From Chiloscyllium plagiosum (lineage: Eukaryota), in contig NC_057757.1 in the NCBI RefSeq assembly GCF_004010195.1, forward strand, positions 4,203,111-4,267,110: 64,000 bases of DNA, written 5' to 3'. The notes beneath the pieces are model-generated. The model was not told the DNA's origin, made no database searches, and saw nothing but the letters and a program-made list of their open reading frames with translations. This document shows positions 25,070 through 35,600 of this stretch, in pieces; within the stretch, counting starts at the first letter, position 1, and each line of letters starts with the position of its first letter. Both the position numbers and the translations under genes were made by a program.

Positions 25070-26015
25070 TTTGAGGATGTAACTCTGAAGATGAATGAGG
25101 GAGATCCAGTAGATGTAGTGTACCTGGACTTTCAGAAAGCTTTTGATAAAGTCCCACATAGGAGGTTAGTCAGCAAAATTAGGGCACATGGTATTGGGGG
25201 CAAAGTACTAACTTGGATTGAAAGTTGGTTGGCTGATAGGAAACAAAGAGTAGTGATAAACAGCTCCATTTCGGAATGGCAGGCAGTGACCAGTGGGGTA
25301 CCGCAGCTTTTTACAATTTATGTTAATGATGTAGAAGATGGTATTAGTAATAACATTAGCAAATTTGCTGATGATACTAAGCTGGGTGGCAGGGTGAAAT
25401 GTGATGAGGATGTTAGGAGATTACAGGGTGACCTGGACAAGTTAGGTGAGTGGTCAGATGCAGTTTAATGTGGATAAATGTATGGTTATCCACTTTGGTG
25501 GCAAGAACAGGAAGGCAGATTACTACCTAAATGGAATCAATTTAGGTAAAGGGGCAGTACAAAGAGATCTGGGTGTTCTTGTACACCAATCAATGAAGGT
25601 AAGCATGACCCTTGAGTTTAGAAGACTGAGAGGGGATCTGATTGAGACATATAAGATTATTAAAGGATTGGACACTCTGGAGGCAGGAAACATGTTTCTG
25701 CTGATGGGTGAGTGCCAAACCAGAGGACACAGCTTAAAAATACGGGGTAGACCATTTAGGACAGAGATGAGGAGAAACTTCTTCACCCAGAGAGTGGTGG
25801 CTGTGTGGAATGCTCTGCCCAGAGGGCAGTGGAGGCCCAGTCTCTGGATTCATTTAAGAAAGAGTTGGATAGAGCTCTCAAGGATAGTGGAATCAAAGGT
25901 TATGATGATAAGGCAGGAACAGGATACTGATTAAGGATGATCAGCCATGATCATATTGAATGGTGGTGCAGGCTTGAAGGGCAGAATTGCCTACTCCTGC
26001 ATCTATTGTCTATTG
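25070..26015 (+). mobile_element. CR1-type LINE RT fragment with internal deletions
   Basis: VDVVYLDFQKAFDKVPH, TSGVP, KFADDTK, RRLRGDLIETYKI; (CTATTGT)n-like tail. Confidence 0.85.
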
Positions 26016-26509
26016 TCTTCGGAGGGTCCGTGTGGACTTATTAGGCTGAAGGACCTGTTTCCACACTGTAGGGAATCTAATCTAATCTAATCAAATATTT
26101 TTGACACCAACTAGTATATCCAATAAAATCACTCACACTCATGCATCTGGGTTCACCCTAAGCCATTTGGATAAATTGCATGTCCTGCAGCAAGAGGGCA
26201 GAGCTCAGTAAGACTGAGACCAAAATCTTTATATCATCAGGGTAACGGCACAGTGATCAAATCAGAAGTATCTTCCTCAATGAAATATTGCATATCTGCT
26301 GTGAGATATAACTCACTGTCTGTCATCATCTGTCAGGTCCATTAACCTAGCTTTTTGTCTGTTATTGATCCACCCACTTATCTTCCATTTCTCCACCCCT
26401 GCTGCTATTCACATTTATAACTAAACCTAATTGCTGATGTCAGTACAGTGTTTCAGTTGAGGGCAGGGATCCTCTGGGAGAGTAAATTGGTGAATTGTGA
26501 CCATCTGGA

Positions 26510-26620
26510 ACAATCTTTGACCTTTGACCAAGCCAATAAAGGTCAGGGGGCGACATGTGAAGGCTGATTGTGGCCAATCTCTAGTTTGTTTGTTGACTGG
26601 AGTGCAAACATTGCAATACA
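26510..26620 (+). promoter_or_regulatory. Putative liver-type promoter of the C1s-like gene (DR1/HNF4 site, CCAAT boxes, forkhead-like site)
   Basis: TGACCTTTGACCA (DR1) at 26518-26530; CCAAT at 26533 and ~26574; TTTGTTTGTT; all 70-170 bp upstream of ATGTG|GTGAGT. Confidence 0.5.
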
Positions 26621-26688
26621 GGGGAAAAGTACGAGATTTGGTCTTTAATAATAATTAAACTGTCCCTGGACAAGTCGAAACGGGAAAC

Positions 26689-26693
26689 ATGTG
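26689..26693 (+). CDS. C1S: C1s-like coding exon 1 (ATG TG)
   Basis: aaacATGTG|GTGAGT. The 5-nt phase-2 start is typical of this family and completes MW with the next exon. Confidence 0.7.
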
Positions 26694-29600
26694 GTGAGTT
26701 GGAAAGAATTCCTCATATAATAGATATGCTTAATGCGTTTGCAATGCTGCAAGTGTAGCATTTCAGTCCTAAGTATGTTCTTCTTTATTTGAAGTAAACA
26801 TAGGCACAAAGCAACATAAGAAATGGGAGCAGGAGTAGGCCATTCGGCCCTTCGAGCCTGCTCTGCCATTCAATAAGATGGTGGCTGATCTCTCTGTGGC
26901 CTTAGCTCCACTTACCCATCCTCTCGCTGTAACCCTTCATTCCTTTATTGATTAAAAAAAAACTATCTTAGCTTTAAAAAACATTGACTGAAGGAGCATC
27001 AACTACTTCACTGGGCAAGGAATTCCATTGATTCACAACCCTCTGTGTGAAGGAGTTCCTTTTTAACTCAGTCCTAAATCTGCTCCTGCTAATTTTGAGG
27101 CTACACCGTCTTGCCCTAGTTTCACCTGCCAATGGAAACATCCTCTCTACATCTATCTTATCTATTCCCTTCATAATTTTGTATGTTTCTGTTAGATTCC
27201 CCCCCCCCCCCCCATTCTTCTGAATTCCAAGGAAAATCATCACAACCTACTCATAAGCCAATCCCCTCAACTCCGGAATCAACCCAGTGAACCTCCTCTG
27301 CACCCCCTCCAGTGCCAGTACATCCTTTCTCAAGTAAGGAGACCAAAACTGCACACAGTACTCCAGCAGTGGAACCTGCAGTGCTGGCCCCAATGTAGTG
27401 CTGCATTCAGTCAGTCTGCAGAGAAAACAGAGGCTCTTGATTCACTCAGACTAGTGAACGAACAGGGAGAGTGTCCAAATGAGAGTAAACTGTTGGTAAG
27501 AAGGTGTGTGTTTTTAAAATGAAGCACATCACCCAATGTGGGGTTGGAACACATAACTCTGAAACTCATGCTCAACCGACTGAGCTAACCAAGCCCGCAT
27601 ACTATCTCTCACTGCTGCCTTGGTGTAGTCAATTTGTTTCCCCTATTTTCCCCAGTGATTTTTTTTTCTTGTTTCAAATGTAAAAGTGCTGCTGCTTGAA
27701 ATCGGAAATTAAAACCATCATTAAAACTCATTCAGGCTCCTCCTCCTGCTGCTGTTGGGGAACCTGCAATTAACCTCCCTCCCACACACTCACTGCAAAC
27801 ACTCACAACCTGCAGCATTCACACGCAGCTTTCAGCACCGCCCCACTGGCTAAACTCTCTCTCTCTCGCACACACACATACACACACAGAAACAGAGAGA
27901 GGCAGACACGCACACATACAGAGAAACAGAGAGAAAAAGAAAGACAGAGAGGGGTCCGGGGGTGATACACAGAGAGAACAGGGACAGAGAGTGGGAGAAA
28001 GATACAGAGAAAGAGACTCTCATTGTCTATACAAAAGAGTTGCTTCAATGTTGTTTCCGTAGTGTAGTGGTAATTATGTTGCTTCACATGTCAAAGGTCC
28101 CCTAGGTGGGAATATTAAGCCTTGCTTCCTTCTTCCTCAGGATTCTGGTCAAAGTTCACATACTGTATTGTTACTCATTGTCCTGACAACCAGCCGTTCA
28201 ATCCAGAATTGTCATGGAATGCTTCCCACTTGATGGGGGCAATCCAACAGCACTCAAGAAGCTCGACACCATCCAGCTCTCACTTGATTGGCACCACATC
28301 CACAAACATCCACTCCCTCCACCACCAAAGCTCAGTAGCAGCAGCGTGTACCATTTACAAGAGACACTGCGGAAATTCACCAAAGATCCTCAGACAGCAT
28401 CTTTGAATGTATCATCTAGGAGGAGAAGGGCAACAAACACATCATCCCCTGCAGGTTCCCCTCTGAGCCACTCCCACCTGACTTGGAAATATAAGCAAGG
28501 AACAGGAGAATCGATGTTTCGGGCATAAGCCCTTCATCAGGAATGAGGAAAGTGTGTCCAGCAGGCTAAGATAAAAGGTAGGGAGGAGGGACTTGGGGGA
28601 GGGGCGTTGGAAATGCGATAGGTGGAAGGAGGTCAAGGTGAGGGTGATAGGCTGGAGTGGGGTGGGGGCGGAGAGGTCAGGAAGAAGCCGGAGTGGGGTG
28701 GACCTCTCCGCCCCCACCCCACTCCGGCCTATCACCCTCACCTTGACCTCCCTCCACCTATCGCATTTCCAAAGCCCCTCCCCCAAGTCCCTCTTCCCTA
28801 CCTTTTATCTTAGCCTGCTGGACACACTTTCCTCATTCCTGAAGAAGGGCTTATGCCTGAAATGCCGATTCTCCTGTTCCTTGGATGCTGCCTGACCTGC
28901 TGCGCTTTTCCAGCAACACATTTTCAGCTCTGATCTCCAGCATCTGCAGTCCTCACTTTCCCCCTGGAAGTATATCCGCCATTCTTTCAGTGTCGCTGGG
29001 TCAGAATCCAGTAACTCCATCTCTAACTGTACTGTGTGGGCGTCCCTACACCATATGGATTGCAGCAGTTCAAGAAGGCAGCTTACGTCTACCGTCGCAG
29101 GGGACAACTAGGGATGAGCAATCAATACGGGGCGCAGCCAGCGATGGCCACTTCCCATGAGTAAATAATAAGAACATATTGGGTGGCCTGGGACCAGAAT
29201 TGCACTGGAACCAATACATCACCAGGGCTAGTGTTGCACTGAGGGTCAGTACTGCATTGGGGTTATTGTTGCACTGAGGGTCAGTATTTCACTGGAGTTA
29301 GTGTTGCACTGAGGGTCAGTATTTCACTGGGGTTAGTGTTGCACTGAGGATCAGTATTTCACTGGGGTTAGTGTTGCTCTGAGGGTCAGTATTTCACTGG
29401 GGCTAGTGTTGCACTGAGGGTCAGTATTTCACTGGGGTTAGTTGCACTGTGGGTCAGTATTTCACTGGAGCTAGTGTTGCTCTGAGAGTCAGTATTTCAC
29501 TGGGGTTAGTGTTGCACTGAGGCTCAGTATTTCACTGGTGTTACTGTTGCACTGCGGGTCAGTATTTCACTGGAGCTAGCGTTGTACTGCGGGTCAGTAT

Positions 29601-32600
29601 TTCACTGGTGTTACTATTGCACTGTGGGTCAGTATTTCACTGGGGTTAGTATTTCACTGGAGCTTGTGTTGCTCTCAGGGTCAGTATTTCACTGGGGCTA
29701 GTGTTGCACTGATGGTCAATATTTCACTGAGGTTAGTGTTGCACTGAGGGTCAGTATTTCACTGGGGTTAGTGTTGCACTAAGGTCAGTATTTCACTGGG
29801 GTTAGTGTTGCACTGAGGGTCAGTATTTCACTGGGGTTAGTTTTGCACTGAGGGTCAGTATTTCACTGGGGTTAGTGTTGCACTGAGGGTCAGTATTTCA
29901 CTGCGATTAGTGTTGCACTGAGGATCAGTATTTCACTGGAGCTGGTGTTGCACTGACGGTCAGTATTTCACTGGTATTTGTATTGCACTGAGGGTCAGTA
30001 TTTCACTGGGGTTAGTGTTGCACTGAGGGTCAGTATTGAACTGGGAAGAATTGACTTTAATTTCTGTGCTCAGGCTCTGGAGAGGGCATGGGGAATGGTG
30101 TGTGTTGGGGGAGCATGACCTAGGAACCCTGGGGTTCTGAGATATGAGATGTAGCAGTGACGAATATTAATGGAGAGTCATGGTGTTTGCGAATCTTTTC
30201 TAATAATTCACCATTTTCAAAATGCCGGTTACTGGAGTCAGAACATTTGCTGGACCAAATATTCGGACTTCCAAAAAACATATATGTGCATATGTTAGTT
30301 TCTTTCATGGAATTGATGAGTCCTGTGACATCAGTCCTGTGAAGATGATTATCACGGGCCTATGTTATGAGGAGAGATTAAGCAGTTTACGCCTACACTC
30401 TCTGGAAATTAGTAAAATAAGAGATCTAACTGAGGTCTATAAGATGCGAAAGGCAATTGACAAAGTAGACATAGAAGGGATGTTTTCTCATGTGGAGCAA
30501 TTTAGAACGAGAGGTCACAGTTTTAGGATAATGGGCAGCAGATTTCAAACAGAGATGAGGAGGAACTGCTTCTCTCAAAGAGTTGGAGTATATGGAATTC
30601 ACTCCCCCAGAGTGTGACTGACACTGAGTAAATTTATGGAGGAGATAAAGCGGATTTTTAATTCGCAAAGGATTGAAGGGTTATGGAGAGAGAGCAAGTG
30701 GAGTTGGTTCTGAGATTCGATCAGCCATGATCATATTAAATGGTCAGAGAGTGTCAAGGGGGCAAGAATGAACTAAAGTGACATAAAGCCAGAAAGGGTA
30801 GTATTAAACCAGACAGAAAGTCTCCTCTGGGTTGCTCAGTTATTTACAGAACAGAGGATTCCAATGTCTGCCTCCTGTATTATAAACCAAGTATGCTGGC
30901 AGTCTCTCTTTACAAGTGCTCTTGTAAACAATACTTTGGCATCATAAGAATGACGTTTATTGTCACAGGCAGAAAAAAGATTGTAATGTTGCCGCTAATG
31001 GCGTTATCTTAGCGCCAAGATGCCTAGGTACAGATACTTACGTATTTGGTATAAAATTGAAAGAATAATAATTAAAAGTCCAACGTAAGAATAAAAAGGA
31101 CTGACAGTCTTTCCCATCCCAGTCTGCGCCAGCACCAAGCCTCCAGACTGCACTGGGCCAGGTCTCCGGACCATGCCAGGGTTCACGACCTCACTTCCAA
31201 ACCACAAGGGAATTGTCTCCCCGTGCAGGTCTCCAGTCCAGGACCTGTCTCCCCGCACCAGCCTCCAGTCCAGGACCTGTCCCCCCGCACCCGTCTCCAG
31301 TCCAGGACCCGTCTCCCAGCACCAGCCTCCAGTCCAGGACACCCTTCCCCACACCGACCTCCAGTCCGGGACTCCTCTCCCCACACCAGCCTCCAGACCG
31401 AGAATCCCCTCCCCCACACCAGCCTTTAGTCCGGGACTCCCCTCCCCCACACCAGCCTCCAGTCGGAGACTCCCCTCCCCCACACCAGTCTATGCGTTCT
31501 CCAAATAATCCAATTCATATGTAATTTGAGCATCAGAGGCTGAGTGGTGACCTTACGGAGGTTTATAAAATCATGTGGGGCATGGATAGAATAAATAGAC
31601 AGTGTCTTTTCCCTGCGGTGGGAGAGTCCAGAACTAGAGGGTATAGGTTTAGATTGAGAATGGAAAGATATAAAAGGGACCTAAGGAGCAACTCTTTCAT
31701 GCACAGGGTGGTACGTGTATGGAATGAGCTGTCAGAGGATGTGGTGGAGGCTGGTACAATTACAGCATTTAAGAGGCATGTGAATGGGTATATGAATAGG
31801 AAGGATTTAGAGGGATATAGGCCAAGTGCTAACAAATGGGCGTAGATTAGTTTAGGATATCTGGTCAGCATGGATGAGTTCGACTGAAGGGTCTGTTTCC
31901 GTGCTGTACATCTCTATGACTCTATGACTCCAACTGATTGGCCACAGGTCATCTGCTTTGATCTTGCTGGTAATTCCTGCATCCTGCGCCATTCAGCTGG
32001 AGCAACCTTCCGGAGAGTTCTTTTCCCCGAATCACCCTCTGCAATATCCAGCGTTCAGCAATAAGACCTGGGACATCTCTGCACCACAAGGTTACGTCGT
32101 GAAAGTTTATATCCCTTACTTGGACATTGAGCGATCGGAAGGATGTCAGAGCAGCTACTTACAGGTACAGTGAGACACAGAAACAATTGGCCAAGATTAC
32201 ACTGGGCCTGCTAAGCTTGTAATATCACAAACTACCATATATTGCTAAGCCTTGTATGGTGCAGAAGTAATGTCTCTAACTCTGAGCCACAAGAGCTGTG
32301 TTCAAATCCCACCTGCTCCAAAGTGTGCTAAAGCATCTCTACTGTGTTTTGCTCTGAGGTAGGTTAAGTTTTGTTGAGCTGTGAGATATGGACCATAGGC
32401 ATGTAGATGGAATTAAGCCACAGATTATCTCACTGAAAGATGGAACAGATTCTGAATGGCCTACTCCCATCATGTTTCCTTGAAAATGGAGTCGCAGGTA
32501 AATAGGATAGTGAAGAAGGCATTTAGTATGCTTTCCTTTATTGGTCAGAGCATTGAGTATTGGAGTTGGGAGGTCATGTTGCAGCTGTACAGGACATTCA

Positions 32601-35600
32601 TTAGGCTACTTTTGGAATATTGTGCTCACTTCTGGTCTCCTTCCTATCGGAAGGATGTTGTGAAGCTTGAAATGGTTCAGAAAAGATTTACCAGGATGTT
32701 GCCAGGGTTGGAGGATTTGAGCTATAGGGAGAGGTTGAATAGCCTGGGGCTAATTTCCCTGGAATGTTGAAGGCTGAAGGGTGACATTATAGAGGTTTAT
32801 AAAATCATGAGGCGCATGGATAGACTAAATAGACAAGGTCTTTGCCCTGGGGTGGGGGAGTCCAGAAGTAAGGGCATAGGTTTAGGGTGGGAGGGGAAAT
32901 ATTTAAAAGGGACCTAAAGGGCAACATTTTCATGCACAGGTTGGTGCATGTATGGAATGAGCTGCCAGAGCAAGTGGTGAAGCCTGGTACAATTACCGCA
33001 TTTAAAAGACATCTGGATGGGTATATGAATAGGAAAGGTTTAGAGGGGTATGGGCCAAGTGCTGGCAAATGGGAGTAGACTAGATTAGGATATCTGGTCG
33101 GCATGGATGAGTTGGGCCAAATTGTCTGTTTCCATGACTCTCTATGACTCTCTGACTCTAATTACCAGATATTTACCTCTTCCCTTTAGAATAGAGAAAG
33201 TTAAGAAGTTACCTCATGGAGACAATTAAGATCGGATGACAACGCGGGTTAGGCTTAAAAATGATGTTCTGTTTGTGTAAGAGACCCGAACTGAGGGGTC
33301 CTCTATAAAAGTCAGTCCCGAATTAATCCGCTGGGGAATTTGAACAAGAATCCTTCAATTCAGGGAGCCCAGCCTGTGTGGGAATGTAAATGTCAGTGTA
33401 GGCCATTTGGGCTGAATGGCCTGGTACACTGCTGTAAATAAGATGTAACCCGATATACCTTCATGGATTATTGTTCGTGCTGCAAAGGTTGATGTTCTGA
33501 GTACCATGGGGCCAAGATTTATCACTTGGGGACGACATTATGAACAAACTGCAGAGACGTTAAGTAGCTGATTTTTTTGTGTCATAATGTCATACAGCAC
33601 AGAAACAGGCCCTTTGGTCCTGCCAGTCCATGCCAAACATAATCCCAGACTAAATCAATCCTATCTGTCTGTGCTTGGTGCGTGTGCTTCCAAACATTTC
33701 CTTTCATGTACTTATCTAAATGTCTTTTAAATGTTGTAACTGTTGTAAATCCCCAAGACCTGATCAGGTGTACCCTAGAACTCTGTGAGAAACTATGGAA
33801 GTGATTGCTGGGCCCCTTGCTGAGATATTTATATCATCGATAGTGACAGGTGAGGTGCTAGAAGACTGGAGGTTGGCTAAAGTGGAACCACTGTTTAAGA
33901 AGGGTGGTAAAGACAAGCCAGGGAGCTAGAGACCGGTGAGCCTGACCTTGGTGGTGGGCAAGTTGTTGGAGGGAATCGTGAGGGACAGAATGTATATGTA
34001 TTTGGAAAGGCAAGGACTGATTAGGGATAGTCAACATGGATTTGTGCGTGGGCAGTCATGTCTCACAAACTTGATTGAGTTTTTTGAAGAAGTAACAAAG
34101 AGGATTGATGAGNNNNNNNNNNNNNNNNNNNNNNNNNNNNNNNNNNNNNNNNNNNNNNNNNNNNNNNNNNNNNNNNNNNNNNNNNNNNNNNNNNNNNNNN
34201 NNNNNNNNNNNNNNNNNNNNNNNNNNNNNNNNNNNNNNNNNNNNNNNNNNNNNNNNNNNNNNNNNNNNNNNNNNNNNNNNNNNNNNNNNNNNNNNNNNNN
34301 NNNNNNNNNNNNNNNNNNNNNNNNNNNNNNNNNNNNNNNNNNNNNNNNNNNNNNNNNNNNNNNNNNNNNNNNNNNNNNNNNNNNNNNNNNNNNNNNNNNN
34401 NNNNNNNNNNNNNNNNNNNNNNNNNNNNNNNNNNNNNNNNNNNNNNNNNNNNNNNNNNNNNNNNNNNNNNNNNNNNNNNNNNNNNNNNNNNNNNNNNNNN
34501 NNNNNNNNNNNNNNNNNNNNNNNNNNNNNNNNNNNNNNNNNNNNNNNNNNNNNNNNNNNNNNNNNNNNNNNNNNNNNNNNNNNNNNNNNNNNNNNNNNNN
34601 NNNNNNNNNNNNNNNNNNNNNNNNNNNNNNNNNNNNNNNNNNNNNNNNNNNNNNNNNNNNNNNNNNNNNNNNNNNNNNNNNNNNNNNNNNNNNNNNNNNN
34701 NNNNNNNNNNNNNNNNNNNNNNNNNNNNNNNNNNNNNNNNNNNNNNNNNNNNNNNNNNNNNNNNNNNNNNNNNNNNNNNNNNNNNNNNNNNNNNNNNNNN
34801 NNNNNNNNNNNNNNNNNNNNNNNNNNNNNNNNNNNGGAAAGATATAAAAGAGACCTAAGGGGCAATTCTTTCATGCAGAGGGTGGTATGTGTATGGAATA
34901 AGCTGCCAAAGGAAGTGGTGGAGGCTGGTACAATTGCAACATTTTAGAGGCATTTGGATGGGTATATGAATAAGAAGGGTTTGGAGGGATATGGGCTGGG
35001 TGCTGGCAGGTGGGACTAGATTGAGTTGGGATATCTGGTCGGTATGGACGGGTTTGACTGAAGGGAATGTTTCCGCACAGTACATCTCTATAACTCTATG
35101 ACTAAGAGGCCTCACCAATGTCCTGGACAACCTCAACATGACTTCCCAAAGCCAATACTCAAAGGACTGAGCAATGAAGGCAAACGTGCTAAACGCCTTC
35201 TTAACCACCTTGTTGCAATCTTCAAAGAATTATGTACTTGAGCCCCTAGGTCTCTCTATTCTACCAAACAACCCAAGGCCCAACTTTTAATTGTATATGT
35301 CTCACCCTTGTCTGTTTTACCAAAATGCAGCAGCTCACATTTATCTACATTGACCTCTGCAATTTTTCACCCATTGACCAAGACTCCTTTGTAACCTTAG
35401 ATAACCTTCTTCACTGTCCACTATGCCACCAGTTTTTTTTTTGTCTTCTGCAAACCTATTAACCAGGCCTTTTCTCTCTTCTCGTCCAAATAATTTCTGT
35501 AAATCATCCGTAACCTCTGTATTTACTTCCCTTGTGGCATTATGAATTGGAAGATTGGATTTTAAAAGCACCCAAGGCAAAGTGATAGGAACTTATCACC

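Noticed and set aside
26185..26203. CTCF-like motif GCAGCAAGAGGGCAG
   Set aside because: Mismatches at strongly conserved core positions; not supportable by eye
29225..30045. CRISPR-like regular array
   Set aside because: Units are contiguous with no unique spacers and the context is vertebrate; it is a minisatellite
30881..30960. Alternative TATA/ATG first exon for the C1s-like gene
   Set aside because: TATAAA is present but no convincing phase-2 donor follows; ATGTG|GTGAGT at 26689 fits much better
31004..31524. Pro-rich and Gly-rich ORFs
   Set aside because: Explained by the C-rich minisatellite
34113..34835. Gap hiding the missing CUB2 exons
   Set aside because: The gap lies between the two CUB1 exons, upstream of EGF, and is flanked by one LINE; CUB2 would have to lie after 36666
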